This document shows, piece after piece, positions 45,877-56,311 of a stretch of 64,000 nt of DNA. A program made the translations under genes and the position numbers. Below the pieces are notes generated by a model that saw only the letters and a program-made list of their open reading frames with translations, was not told the DNA's origin and ran no database searches. Each line of letters starts with the position of its first letter. The first letter of the stretch is position 1. The stretch comes from Candidatus Poribacteria bacterium. Its GTDB lineage: Bacteria > Poribacteria > WGA-4E > PCPOR2b. Location: assembly GCA_965247655.1 (NCBI GenBank), contig OZ252032.1, positions 1,861,101-1,925,100 on the forward strand. Reading direction: 5' to 3'.

Positions 45877-47820
45877 TTACTCTTGCGCTGTTTCCTCTTT
45901 ATCGCTCTTCGCTTCAGTAGTGTCTTCACCTTGCTGGTAGTATGTCCCAAGCACCTCATTGTCTAGACTTCGTCCTTCCTCAATCACCTGCGCTGCAAAA
46001 TCTAGGTTGATTGTCGTGAGGTCAGCCTCCTGCGCTCGCTGCTCGACACGGGATTGCGTGATGTTCCGCATAAATCCAGCGGGTACGAGGTTCAGCCGTT
46101 CACGGGCATCTGAAGTCCATTCAAGCGGACTTTCAAATGCTTCCCCTTGGGAAGTATCAGTGGACTCGCGGGACTGCGCGACAGCTTTCAGTTCAGGTGC
46201 ATCTTCACGGACAGCGGAAGCCTGATCCATACTCTCGTTGATAATCTGCATCGCAAATTCGTTGGTGATTGTACCGATCTTTTGGACACGTGCCGATTTT
46301 TCGATTCGCGCTTTGACGTTGCGTCGCATATACCCGCGTGGGACATTCCGCAACGCTTTTTTCGCCTGATCTGACCACTGGAGGCGTACACCATCGAAGG
46401 TCTGTTCCTCACTGACGCCGCCCTCTTGATCTGCAACTCTCTGGAGAGAGTCTTTATCGACCATCTGGAAACTACCGCCGTCCACGCCACAGACAGGGCA
46501 TTTCACAGGCTGCTGGTCGCGGGCGGCATAGCCACAATCGCCACAGATGTAGGTCTTAATCGCATTGGAATCCAAAACCGTTTGCGTTGCGATCTCTTTG
46601 GCAACCTTGGTCATCCGTTCCGCTGAACGACCCGGCATAAAGGTTTCCATCGCCTGCTCAATGACGCTCTCGGTAATGACAGAGTGACCGCGTTCAATGG
46701 CAAAACGGTGGACAGCGGTGCGTGCGATACCTTGTACTTGCGGCGGTGCCTTCGCCATCCGATCCAAGGCTTCCTGTGTCCAGACCACCGTCTCCTCCGC
46801 TCTGACATCAACTTTTGGGACGTACCGTTGGCTCGACAGGAACACATTACACGGGGCAAGGCGCAATAAATTTTCGGTGTTGCTGCCTATGTCCATATCG
46901 GAATCGCTGTGGACACCGATTCTGCCCAACACCAACATCCACGGTTCGGTCTTTCGGGCGTATTGCAAGATTTTCTCAAATGCTTTGCCATCCAACAGGG
47001 TAATTTTCAGGTCGTAGTTGTGGTCTTCCTTGGCGATGGTCCGGGCAATCTCCAGATGGGATTGATAGATTTTGGCGAGCCCGGTGTCGATAACTTCTTC
47101 GTGCAACTGCTCTTGCTCTTTGAATCGGAAGGTTTTGGAGGCTCGCTCAGTTAGGACATTGACAACCGAATTAAACACCACATAGTGGAGATACGGATCG
47201 TAGACACCAACCGCCTCAACCTGTCTATTAAATGCCTTGCCCATCCGGATTGCTGTTTTCAGTCCGCCGAAGGATTCGGGGCTGCCATCAATTCCGACGA
47301 GAATATGCCCCTTCTGTTCGTGCATCTCTTCTATATTTCGGACTACAAGGGTATCGGTCTCAATACGTCGCACAACCCGTTCAACCACCCCGCCGAGCAG
47401 GCTATCCTTAACCGCTCCCAGACCGAGAGCACCCATAATCACAAGGTCGTAATCGCTCGCCTGAATATCCTCTGCCAACTTGATGAAGTGTTTGCCCTCA
47501 GGCATTTTGGCTTCAAAGGGGATGTCATTTTCAGCGCATTTCTTCTTCATGACCTCCAAGTACGAATCAGAGATTAACTGAAGTCCCATTGTAATTAATG
47601 TGTCATGAATACGGCGCTGCTTTTCAAGTTCGGCTTCATCTTGATATTCTTCGGGGAGTGTGTACTCCATCTGTTTGAAGCGAACATCGTGCATCTTCGC
47701 CGCATAAACGTGAGAGCCAACGAGTTGGGATTGAAATTTTTTGGCGAACTCTACCGCGAAATTGACGCTCGCATCGGAATGGTCTGAGTTGTCAACAGGC
47801 ACATAGATTTTTTTAAACAT
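45877..47820 (-). CDS. multidomain protein: tandem Usp domains + rubredoxin-like zinc ribbon + three PCP_red-like modules
   Basis: 647 aa; N-terminal KKIYVPVDNSDHSD Usp; CGDCGYA...CPVCG ribbon; three repeats of W[TS]xxAxxxLxxVPxxxxxxVxxxxExxAxE (VVWTQEALDRMAKAPPQVQG.. ; LQWSDQAKKALRNVPRGYMR.. ; LEWTSDARERLNLVPAGFMR..). Confidence 0.65.
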   Translation of the reverse strand: MFKKIYVPVDNSDHSDASVNFAVEFAKKFQSQLVGSHVYAAKMHDVRFKQMEYTLPEEYQDEAELEKQRRIHDTLITMGLQLISDSYLEVMKKKCAENDIPFEAKMPEGKHFIKLAEDIQASDYDLVIMGALGLGAVKDSLLGGVVERVVRRIETDTLVVRNIEEMHEQKGHILVGIDGSPESFGGLKTAIRMGKAFNRQVEAVGVYDPYLHYVVFNSVVNVLTERASKTFRFKEQEQLHEEVIDTGLAKIYQSHLEIARTIAKEDHNYDLKITLLDGKAFEKILQYARKTEPWMLVLGRIGVHSDSDMDIGSNTENLLRLAPCNVFLSSQRYVPKVDVRAEETVVWTQEALDRMAKAPPQVQGIARTAVHRFAIERGHSVITESVIEQAMETFMPGRSAERMTKVAKEIATQTVLDSNAIKTYICGDCGYAARDQQPVKCPVCGVDGGSFQMVDKDSLQRVADQEGGVSEEQTFDGVRLQWSDQAKKALRNVPRGYMRRNVKARIEKSARVQKIGTITNEFAMQIINESMDQASAVREDAPELKAVAQSRESTDTSQGEAFESPLEWTSDARERLNLVPAGFMRNITQSRVEQRAQEADLTTINLDFAAQVIEEGRSLDNEVLGTYYQQGEDTTEAKSDKEETAQE

Positions 47821-47917
47821 CCTTCTCCCTCCAATGTCAATTTTCCATTAACGAATTATATTTTTTCACTCTTCGTTCCAAACATAATGTCTCTTGTCCA
47901 TGTTAATTTTCAGTTTT

Positions 47918-49306
47918 TTACTTCGGTCCAATCATCTGGCTAGGAACGACAACCCGATCAAATTCTTCCTCGCTCAACAGATTAAGTTCGACTACAGTCT
48001 GACGTAGCGTTTTGCCTTCCTGATGGGCAGTTTTGGCGACCAGCGCCGCATTGTCGTAACCGATGTAGGGGTTAAGCGCGGTGACAAGCATCAATGAGTC
48101 GTTCAGGTATTCTTGAATTTTCTCCCGATTTGGCTCGATACCGACGACACAGTTTTCGTTGAACGAATCACAGGCATCCGCAAGTAGGCGGATGGATTGG
48201 AGCGCGTTGAAGGCAATGACGGGCATAAATACATTCAACTCAAAGTTGCCCGATGCACCTGCAATTGCAATCGTCGTGTCGCTGCCGATAACTTGGGCGC
48301 AAACCATTGTCATAGCTTCGCATTGCGTCGGATTCACTTTCCCCGGCATAATCGAACTCCCCGGTTCGTTCTCCGGCAGCAGAAGTTCGCCAATGCCGCA
48401 GCGGGGACCGCTGCCGAGCCAGCGAAGGTCGTTGGCGATTTTGTTCAGGGCACACGCCAGTGTTTTGAAGGCACCGCTTGCCTCAACGATAGCGTCTCGA
48501 GCACCGAGAGCCTCAAACTTGTTGGGCGCAGTCACAAGGGGAAATCCGGTGCGTTTGGAGATTGAAGCGGCGGCTTTTGTAGCGTATTCCGGATGGGTGT
48601 TCAGTCCGGTGCCGACTGCGGTTCCACCGATTGGCAGTTCGTACAGATGCGGCAGCACGTGATCAATTGCGCGGAGTGCGTTATTCAACTGCGTGACATA
48701 TCCAGAAAACGCCTGTCCCAGCGTCAGTGGGGTGGCATCTTGCAGATGGGTGCGTCCGGTCTTGACGATATCCTTAAAGGCTTCGGCTTTCACTGATAGC
48801 GTGTCGCGTAGGGCAGTCACAGCAGGAATCAGGTGATTGTGAATGCGGTCAACGACAGCGACGTGGATAGCTGTTGGGAAGGCATCGTTGGTAGACTGAG
48901 ATTTGTTGACGTGGTCGTTGGGGTGGACGGGTTCTTTGCTGCCGAGGACACCGCCAAGCATCTCAATGGCACGGTTTGAGATCACTTCGTTGACGTTCAT
49001 GTTGGTTTGGGTACCGCTGCCGGTCTGCCAAACTACCAATGGAAAGTGATCATCCAGATCTCCATCAATCACTTCCTGCGCGGCTTTGATGATAATTTCA
49101 GCCAGATCCGCCTCCAGCGTTCCCAACTCGGCGTTTACTTCGGCGACAGATTGTTTGACGATACCAAGTGCCCAAATCATCTCACGCGGGAAACGTTCCC
49201 CACCAATTTTAAAGTTCTGCAATGAACGCTGGGTCTGTGCACCCCAATATCGATCTGTTGGGACTTCAATCTTCCCCATGCTGTCTGATTCAATTCTTGT
49301 TTGCAT
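47918..49306 (-). CDS. fumC: fumarate hydratase class II
   Basis: 462 aa; [11 protein letters not shown] signature, typical FumC N-terminus. Confidence 0.9.
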   Translation of the reverse strand: MQTRIESDSMGKIEVPTDRYWGAQTQRSLQNFKIGGERFPREMIWALGIVKQSVAEVNAELGTLEADLAEIIIKAAQEVIDGDLDDHFPLVVWQTGSGTQTNMNVNEVISNRAIEMLGGVLGSKEPVHPNDHVNKSQSTNDAFPTAIHVAVVDRIHNHLIPAVTALRDTLSVKAEAFKDIVKTGRTHLQDATPLTLGQAFSGYVTQLNNALRAIDHVLPHLYELPIGGTAVGTGLNTHPEYATKAAASISKRTGFPLVTAPNKFEALGARDAIVEASGAFKTLACALNKIANDLRWLGSGPRCGIGELLLPENEPGSSIMPGKVNPTQCEAMTMVCAQVIGSDTTIAIAGASGNFELNVFMPVIAFNALQSIRLLADACDSFNENCVVGIEPNREKIQEYLNDSLMLVTALNPYIGYDNAALVAKTAHQEGKTLRQTVVELNLLSEEEFDRVVVPSQMIGPK

Positions 49307-49429
49307 TTACCCCTCCAAGCAACTTTTGGTGATATGATCCTGCACGATTGTCGACAATCCGTTGATCCAAGCGTGTGGGAAGGTTAACGAATCGCTTGGC
49401 GATCTTGCGAAAGTTCTTACAACACCCGC

Positions 49430-50305
49430 TTATGTTCCTAACTTTGCTAGCACGCTTTGGGCTGATATTATGTGTTTGCTGAGGCCCAACTCCTTTGGCG
49501 GCAAGCCAAGTGCCAAACCGATCATCTGCGGCAGGTGGAGCACCGGCATATCAAGTTGACGTTTAACTACCTGACTGACGCCGGGCTGCAGGAGATCGAG
49601 GTTCATGTGGCAGAGCGGACAAGGTGTTACCATGCAGTCCGCTCCGTTGTCCTTTGCCTCGCCAATATGCTTCCCAGCCATTTTGAATGATGCTTCTTCG
49701 TTCTCAAGCCCGATGGGAAAACCGCAACAGCGCGTTTTGCCGTAGTAGTCTACTGGGGTGCCACCCAACGCTTCAATGACGCGTTCCATCGAAGTGGGAT
49801 TGTCAGGGTTGTCAATCCCCATGATGCTTGCAGGACGCAGAATGTAGCAGCCATAAAACGGTGCGATGCGCAAGTCGGTCAACGGCTTTTTGACCATGCC
49901 ACGTAGATTGTCCAGACCGAGTTCTTTGATAAGGACATAGAGAAGGTGTGTGACATCTACGCCACCATGATACTCGTGTCCGCCTGACTTGAGCACTGCG
50001 TTGACCTCTGCCCGGTAGCCCTCGTCCTCGGACAGTTTCTTATTGCTCTTGCGTAAACAACCGATGCAGGTCGAACAGACCGTCATCAGCGGTAGGTCCA
50101 GTTCCTCCGCGAGCGCAAGGGTCTTGGCGTTGTACGTGTCGGCAAGGACCGGATTCTGCGCTTGAAGCACGCCTGCGCCGGTACAAGGGGCACCGGTCAA
50201 TTCAACCAACTCAATACCGAGTAAGGGCGCAATCTTTTTGGTGGATTGGTTCAATTCTGGACAGTTTCCCTTGGCAACACAGCCAGGGAAGTAGGCAATT
50301 CTCAT
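49430..50305 (-). CDS. CCG-domain (HdrB-like) subunit of succinate dehydrogenase/fumarate reductase (SdhE/SdhC of E-type SQR, or TfrB-like)
   Basis: ~292 aa; two Cys-rich CCG-type motifs (YFPGCVAKGNCPE ... CSTCIGC ; FYGCY ... CCGFP ... PCPLCHMN). Confidence 0.7.
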   Translation of the reverse strand: MRIAYFPGCVAKGNCPELNQSTKKIAPLLGIELVELTGAPCTGAGVLQAQNPVLADTYNAKTLALAEELDLPLMTVCSTCIGCLRKSNKKLSEDEGYRAEVNAVLKSGGHEYHGGVDVTHLLYVLIKELGLDNLRGMVKKPLTDLRIAPFYGCYILRPASIMGIDNPDNPTSMERVIEALGGTPVDYYGKTRCCGFPIGLENEEASFKMAGKHIGEAKDNGADCMVTPCPLCHMNLDLLQPGVSQVVKRQLDMPVLHLPQMIGLALGLPPKELGLSKHIISAQSVLAKLGT

Positions 50306-50608
50306 TACATCCTCCCGTATCAATTGTGATTGGAACGTGAAACCTAATGTGTGATATGTGATGCGTAAAACAGACAGCGAATTCTTCCTTGCTTCCCCTC
50401 ACAGTTTGAGCAATGTATTCGTCTTTAATTATTCTCAATTGACCACAGACTTGCATCCATGATCGCTCCAGTCTAATGGGACCGCAATTTCAGATATGCT
50501 GAAAAGCAGTAAATCGGGTAGGTGGTCTCCAATTCTCAAAAGATGTTCTCAGAATTCGAGCGTCCCTTTCTCATCATGTGAACCGAATCGTGAACTTCTT
50601 CGAGATCC

Positions 50609-51571
50609 CTACTTCCTTTTTCCCTCTTCCAACTGCTTATGAATGCGCCGGACATCCTGGACCTCTGTCACTGAAGGGTGTGAACCGGGCAACAAGGGTT
50701 TGATTTTCCCTTTCAGGGTTGCCTTGATCGCGATACCTACGTTCTTAACAGCCCAACCCCAACCCGCTGCTTTTATCGGTAGTGTGCGCTCATCAAGCAC
50801 ACCGGTATGCGCTACGCTTTCGGTGAAGTGAAGCACATGTTTCGCGCCTATGTTGTCGGTCAGCCCCTCCTCGATTGCCTTCTCACGCAATTTGATAATT
50901 AGGTCCATCGGCGCGACATCTTTCGGGCAGACCTCCACACATTCGAGACACCGTGTGCAATCCCAGATACCGCCCTCTTCACTCAGTTCTGTCAGCCACT
51001 CTTTGGCTTTGCCGTGGCGTGGATCTCCAACCACGCGGTACGCTTTGGCCAGCGCCGCGGGAGCTAAGAAGTTTGAATCCTCCTCCAGCACCGTGCAATC
51101 GCTTACGCATGCGCCGCACATGATACAGTTCATCGGTTGTTGCAGTTCGACCATCTTGGCGTGTGGGACTTGATACTCACGTTCTGGCGGTTCTCCTACC
51201 GCCTCAATCCACGGCTTCACCTGTTTCAATTTATCCCAGAACATATCCATTTCAGTGACAAGGTCTTTAATCACCTTCATGTTGCCCATCGGCTCAACAC
51301 GAATTTCCTCACCGTCAGGTGCAAGCGTTGAGACTTTAGTCTTGCATCCCAACTTCGCGTGTCCATTGACCCGAAAGGCACATGAGCCGCAAACTGCACT
51401 GCGACATGAACAGCGCATGGCTAGTGTGCCATCGATATCTTCGCGGACTTTGATGAGCGCGTCCAGCACGGTTGCAAAATCAGGCAACTCCTTCACTTCA
51501 TAGGTATCATAATGCGGTTCCTGGGCTGTCTGCGGGTTGTAACGGTATACTTTCAAATTAGCTTGTATCAT
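50609..51571 (-). CDS. sdhB: succinate dehydrogenase/fumarate reductase iron-sulfur subunit
   Basis: 320 aa; 2Fe-2S (CSCRSAVCGSCAFRVNG), 4Fe-4S (CIMCGACVSDC) and 3Fe-4S (CTRCLECVEVCP) motifs. Confidence 0.85.
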   Translation of the reverse strand: MIQANLKVYRYNPQTAQEPHYDTYEVKELPDFATVLDALIKVREDIDGTLAMRCSCRSAVCGSCAFRVNGHAKLGCKTKVSTLAPDGEEIRVEPMGNMKVIKDLVTEMDMFWDKLKQVKPWIEAVGEPPEREYQVPHAKMVELQQPMNCIMCGACVSDCTVLEEDSNFLAPAALAKAYRVVGDPRHGKAKEWLTELSEEGGIWDCTRCLECVEVCPKDVAPMDLIIKLREKAIEEGLTDNIGAKHVLHFTESVAHTGVLDERTLPIKAAGWGWAVKNVGIAIKATLKGKIKPLLPGSHPSVTEVQDVRRIHKQLEEGKRK

Positions 51572-51650
51572 TCTGTATCTCCTCTGCGTGATGAGTAATA
51601 CGTCTAAACGTCTACTGAATTCCCGCTTTCTACGCTCTACATATTACATC

Positions 51651-53354
51651 TCAGTATTTCCGCGCCTCCGGTTGCCATTTCGTAATCGTCACCGGCAGAT
51701 AGGTAACTGCGGGTCCGTCCGGGGTATGGTAGACAGCCACATGCTTGAGCCAGTTCTCGTCGTCCCGTTCAGGATAGTCAGTGCGGGTGTGGGCACCACG
51801 GCTCTCCTTGCGTGCAAGGGCACTAGCGATAATCGTTTCAGCACAATCGAACATGAAGTCCAACTCTAAGACAGCTAGCAAATCGGTATTGAACACTCTA
51901 CCTTTGTCGTGAACAGAGACATCTGGAAAACGTTCACGGACAGCGTGGATTCTACGTTGCGCCTCAAGCAAACCGGTCTCCTCGCGAAACACACCAGTGA
52001 AGGTATGCATAATCTCGCCCATTTCCAGCCGCAGGGCGGGGGCACGCTCGTTCGTCGATCGGGCAAAAAGGTCACCGATTTTCTGCTCCTCCACCCCTAT
52101 GACCGCCTCGGAGATATTGGCGGAGTTAATGCTTCTGGCATATTCTGCCGCCCGTGCTCCTGCTCTCCGACCAAATGTAACACAGTCTAGCAGGCTGTTG
52201 CCCCCGAGTCGATTTGCCCCATGCGCTGAAACACAGGCAGCCTCACCTGCCGAGTACAAGCCGGGCAGTGGTTCTGAACCGTCCCCGTTATGTCGATAGC
52301 AGCGCCCGTCTATATCCGTCTTAATGCCACCCATCATATAATGCATCCCTGGTCGAATCGGTAGGGGCTGCTGCGTAATGTCCACACCAGCATAATCGAT
52401 TGCGAGTTCAGAAATTTGATGAAAAGCCTCTAAAATACGGTCTTTGATGTGTCGGCAATCGAGTAGTACACAGCCATCAATCCCACGTCCTTCCTGGATT
52501 TCGATCGTTTCAGCGCGAGAGACAACATCGCGCGAGGCTTTTTCCTCCAATGTCGTTGCACCATAGCGTTCCTCTTGCATAAACCGCTCGCCCTCGGAGT
52601 TTAGCAGATACGCGCCTTCGCCGCGCGCCCCCTCCGTGATGAGAAAGCCGTTGGCGGGGAGTGTAGTCGGGTGATATTGCACCATCTCCATGTCCATGAG
52701 CAGTGCACCAACCCGATAGGCTAAAGAAAGCCCATCGCCCGTCACAATAAGCCCATTGGTGCTTGGCTCGTAGACCCGTCCACAACCGCCGGTGCAGATA
52801 ATGACCGCCTTCGCCTTAAAGACTTCCAACTTGCCGCTCGTTATATCCATCGCCACAGCACCACAGCATGCGCCATCCTCCATGAGCAGTGTTGTTATGA
52901 ACCATTCATCGTATGACTTGACGTTCATCTTGAGCAGTCGCTCGTACATGACGTGCAAAATGGTCTGCCCAGTCATGTCGCCGACATGGCACGTGCGGCT
53001 CTTGTCGGTTCCGCCGAAGCCGCGCATGTGGATTTTTCCCTCTTCGTTGCGGTCAAAGATGACGCCCCAATGTTCAAGAGAGAAGACGTCCTGAATGCCT
53101 TCATGGCAAAGGATTTCGATGGCATCCTGGTCGCCTAAGAAGTCGCTGCCCTTGACAGTCTCATAAGCGTGAACCTCCCACGAGTCTTCAATGCCTAGTG
53201 CTGCGTTAATGCCGCCTTGTGCGGCCGCCGAGTGGGAGCGCGTTGGGTAAACCTTTGACATCATTGCCACGCTCGCACCGGCCTCCCCCGCATGCAGGGC
53301 GGCACTCATCCCCGCCAAACCGCCGCCAATAACGAGCACATCATATTCAATCAT
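51651..53354 (-). CDS. sdhA: succinate dehydrogenase/fumarate reductase flavoprotein subunit
   Basis: ~567 aa from MIEYDVLVIGGGLAG; covalent-FAD His region (RSHSAAAQGG), RxGxxxR active-site residues. Confidence 0.9.
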   Translation of the reverse strand: MIEYDVLVIGGGLAGMSAALHAGEAGASVAMMSKVYPTRSHSAAAQGGINAALGIEDSWEVHAYETVKGSDFLGDQDAIEILCHEGIQDVFSLEHWGVIFDRNEEGKIHMRGFGGTDKSRTCHVGDMTGQTILHVMYERLLKMNVKSYDEWFITTLLMEDGACCGAVAMDITSGKLEVFKAKAVIICTGGCGRVYEPSTNGLIVTGDGLSLAYRVGALLMDMEMVQYHPTTLPANGFLITEGARGEGAYLLNSEGERFMQEERYGATTLEEKASRDVVSRAETIEIQEGRGIDGCVLLDCRHIKDRILEAFHQISELAIDYAGVDITQQPLPIRPGMHYMMGGIKTDIDGRCYRHNGDGSEPLPGLYSAGEAACVSAHGANRLGGNSLLDCVTFGRRAGARAAEYARSINSANISEAVIGVEEQKIGDLFARSTNERAPALRLEMGEIMHTFTGVFREETGLLEAQRRIHAVRERFPDVSVHDKGRVFNTDLLAVLELDFMFDCAETIIASALARKESRGAHTRTDYPERDDENWLKHVAVYHTPDGPAVTYLPVTITKWQPEARKY

Positions 53355-53467
53355 AAATCTTCCCTGTATCCTTTCTTTATTCAGAAACGCATTGTGACCC
53401 AGCGTTAAGGGGTACCTAGAGACACAACCAGTATGTAACAGGTCCAATCTGGAAACTGCAATGGATT

Positions 53468-54130
53468 TTACCTGAGAAGAGTTTGTATATCTTGGCGAAG
53501 TTGTTGGAGATGGGCTTTGCTCCGACTATCGTAGTAGCCACGGACTTGCCCTGCCCTATCAACGAGAACAAACCGTGTGCTGTGAAGGATCTCATTCCCT
53601 TGCCGTCCTGCCGCCAAGTTGAAACCCTCGTACGCCAGTTGATAAATTGCCTCTTTCTCACCGGTTAAAAAAGACCAGCTATTATGGTCTGCACCGTAGC
53701 GATCGGCATAGCGAGAGAGCACCTCAGGGGTATCCCGTTCCGGATCAACGGAGAATGAAACAAAGTATACCCCCTCTATTGGAAATTCGTCCTGGAGTTT
53801 CGACATCTCATCTGTCATCGGTGGACAGATGGTTACGCAGCTCGTGAAGATGAAATCTGCAACCCAAATTTTGTCCCGGAGATCTGCCAACGTAAGGGAA
53901 CGACCACGCTGATCGGTCAAGGAAAAGTCCGGCAGTTGTTGATGAGCCGCGAGTTCTGACAATAAAGTTGCCGGCTCGGAGGTTGTGCCGGACTTTTGAT
54001 GAACGAGTGACCTGAGATTGACAGCCAAGATGCCAACAATCACGAGGGCTAGCACACCCCAGAGAAGTCCGCGTAGCATACGCTCGTTGGGTCTGGCATC
54101 CTGTCCTGGAGATTTGACTTTGGCTTCCAT
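53468..54130 (-). CDS. SCO1/SenC family copper chaperone (cytochrome oxidase assembly)
   Basis: ~220 aa; N-terminal TM, CxxxCP motif (CVTICPPMT), thioredoxin-like fold. Confidence 0.8.
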   Translation of the reverse strand: MEAKVKSPGQDARPNERMLRGLLWGVLALVIVGILAVNLRSLVHQKSGTTSEPATLLSELAAHQQLPDFSLTDQRGRSLTLADLRDKIWVADFIFTSCVTICPPMTDEMSKLQDEFPIEGVYFVSFSVDPERDTPEVLSRYADRYGADHNSWSFLTGEKEAIYQLAYEGFNLAAGRQGNEILHSTRFVLVDRAGQVRGYYDSRSKAHLQQLRQDIQTLLR

Positions 54131-54191
54131 AGGCGTAAAACCTAGGACGTGCAACGTAAAAGTTTTTCACATTTCACGCATCACGTTTTAC

Positions 54192-54533
54192 TTAGTGAGA
54201 TGTATCAACAACTTGAGACTCCGCCTTAGCTCCCTCATGACGAGCACCTGCCATCAGATCCGGAAGCAGCATAAACACGAGAAAAACGCAGATAATAAAC
54301 GGTGTCAGCGCAATGACTATCAAGGTTCTCTGCTCAAATTTCAGGTGCATGAAATAGAGAGCGACATAAACCGCTTTAGAACATGCCATACCAATTAGCA
54401 GGAGTGCGGTCACAGTCTGCCCCAAAGTCTGCTTTAAAAGAGGCAGGGCGACGACGACTTCAAGGATTGTGAGTATGAGAAGTATCACAAATATTCTCAT
54501 GTATTTTGGGTGTTCTTTATGAGCGTGTTCCAT
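54192..54533 (-). CDS. cytochrome c oxidase subunit IV (prokaryotic caa3-type small subunit)
   Basis: 113 aa, 3 TM, position after subunit III. Confidence 0.6.
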   Translation of the reverse strand: MEHAHKEHPKYMRIFVILLILTILEVVVALPLLKQTLGQTVTALLLIGMACSKAVYVALYFMHLKFEQRTLIVIALTPFIICVFLVFMLLPDLMAGARHEGAKAESQVVDTSH

Positions 54534-54553
54534 CTTGATTCTCCATTCGGTGA

Positions 54554-55201
54554 TTACAATAGATAGAGAAAAGTAAAGACCATGATCCAGACTAGGTCAA
54601 CGAAGTGCCAATATAGCCCCAAAATCTCGACTTTGTGGTTATACTCCGCTGTGTATGTTCCTCGCAGCCCCTTAATCAAGATAACGGTGAGGTAAATGAC
54701 CCCGCCGGTAACATGGGCACCGTGGAAACCTGTAATCGTGTAGAAGGTTGGACCAAAAAGCACCGAGCCGGAAATCGCCTCGCCAGACAACAATCCGTGA
54801 TGCGGAATTGTGGTGAGGGTGAGACCGTGCTTGATTAGCGCTGTCCATTCATACGCTTGCAGCCCCAAGAAGATTAGTCCACCCAGAATGGTCAAGCCGA
54901 GGAAGGCACACATTCTCGATTGGTTACCGTTCTGAATGGCTTCAAGGGCTTTGACCATGGTAACGCTACTACAGATTAACAGAAAGGTCATACCCGCTGT
55001 GAGTTGAATGCCGAGCACTTCGGTTGGAGGTATCCACTCCGCTGCGCCGGCGCGTACGGCACCGTAGGCGGCGAGCAACGCGCCAAACGACATAGCATCG
55101 CTAATAAGAAAGAGCCACATCCCCAACTTTCCCAAGCTGTCGGGCGTGATGGATGGTTCGTAGACATCGGCGGAATGATCGAGTGTAGTAGTTTCTTCCA
55201 A
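54554..55201 (-). CDS. cytochrome c oxidase subunit III
   Basis: 215 aa, multi-TM, conserved C-terminus GFHGAHVTGGVIYL ... LYWHFVDLVWI. Confidence 0.85.
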   Translation of the reverse strand: MEETTTLDHSADVYEPSITPDSLGKLGMWLFLISDAMSFGALLAAYGAVRAGAAEWIPPTEVLGIQLTAGMTFLLICSSVTMVKALEAIQNGNQSRMCAFLGLTILGGLIFLGLQAYEWTALIKHGLTLTTIPHHGLLSGEAISGSVLFGPTFYTITGFHGAHVTGGVIYLTVILIKGLRGTYTAEYNHKVEILGLYWHFVDLVWIMVFTFLYLL

Positions 55202-55204
55202 TTT

Positions 55205-55456
55205 TCACACTCCTTTCACATTTGAAGGGGGTTTACGATTATCGGTCCGATGTGTGCGGTAGACGTAAAACACGCCACCACCAATTAGACCGGAAACAAT
55301 ATAGGGCATCGCCATAAGGAATAGAATACTCCACTTGAAGCCCTGAACAATTGGGTCATCAATCGTTTTACATGAGGGACAGGCTTCCACAACTGTTGGT
55401 ATCAGTAGTGCAAGTACCAGAACCCCTACTATGAGTGAAAAATATCGACAAATCAT
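55205..55456 (-). CDS. hypothetical small 2-TM membrane protein with CxxC (cox-operon associated)
   Basis: ~83 aa from MICRYFSL (AAGGAGAT RBS); ACPSCK motif between helices. Confidence 0.4.
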   Translation of the reverse strand: MICRYFSLIVGVLVLALLIPTVVEACPSCKTIDDPIVQGFKWSILFLMAMPYIVSGLIGGGVFYVYRTHRTDNRKPPSNVKGV

Positions 55457-55488
55457 AAGAAATCTCCTTGGTATTTTTCTTCTCCATT

Positions 55489-56094
55489 TTAGATTAAGTA
55501 TACAAGAACATAAAGAAGGGGCCATAACACGACAACAAACGCCCAGTAAATTGCACAAACCTCAACCCCAATATAGTGATTCAGTGAAAACCGACCGGCT
55601 ATTGCCCTAGCGAAAACGACTAACAGCCAGAGGACTGCTACCAGAACATGCAAAGCATGACAACCAATGAGGACATAAAAAACGGAGCCGTATACTCCTG
55701 ACGAAAGTGTAAAACCATGATGCACTAAGCGCGCCCATTCGGAACCTTGCACAACCAAGAAAATTACGCCAAGGAGTCCTGTCGCGAATAGCCAGTTTCT
55801 GAGCCCTTTCTGACGGTCCTGTCGAATGGCTCGCAGCCCCTGAAACATTGTATAGCCGCTCAAGAGCAGGACGATTGTATTGAGTCCTGTCACGCCAATG
55901 GGCAAGCGAACATCAGCCTGCGAGAGCGGGGGCCAGGTGACACTCCCCAAGCGGAACACAAGGAATGTTCCAATCAACCCCGCGAAAAACATGAGTTCGG
56001 CACCTAAGAGTACTAGCACGGCTAGACGTGCATTACTCATCGGTCGGTCTTCCTCTTCGGCGCGTTCGTATGATGTGTGTTCTAATTCATTCAT
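55489..56094 (-). CDS. cytochrome c oxidase subunit III family protein (short 5-TM form)
   Basis: 201 aa; Cox3-like helices (HGFTLSSGVYGSVFYVLIGCHALHV). Confidence 0.75.
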   Translation of the reverse strand: MNELEHTSYERAEEEDRPMSNARLAVLVLLGAELMFFAGLIGTFLVFRLGSVTWPPLSQADVRLPIGVTGLNTIVLLLSGYTMFQGLRAIRQDRQKGLRNWLFATGLLGVIFLVVQGSEWARLVHHGFTLSSGVYGSVFYVLIGCHALHVLVAVLWLLVVFARAIAGRFSLNHYIGVEVCAIYWAFVVVLWPLLYVLVYLI

Positions 56095-56311
56095 CGCAAG
56101 TAAAAGATAAAACGTGAAAGAGGAGGAAAGCTCGATTGCAAAACAAACGAGGCTAGGAAACCCTTATCGCAGGGATATTAGTTTTTGACGAGCGCGAGAA
56201 TCGTTGCAAAAATAAATAGGACAACAAATATCACGAATAAGAACCATCCGAGACGTCGGTTTCGCTGCCGCTTTTCTTGATCATTCATCTAAGTTTGATG
56301 CCCCCATTCTA

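Noticed and set aside
41497-46500. PCP_red cluster as a (bacterio)chlorophyll biosynthesis locus
   Set aside because: No bchL/N/B, bchE or other pigment genes nearby. The domain is used here outside its pigment context.
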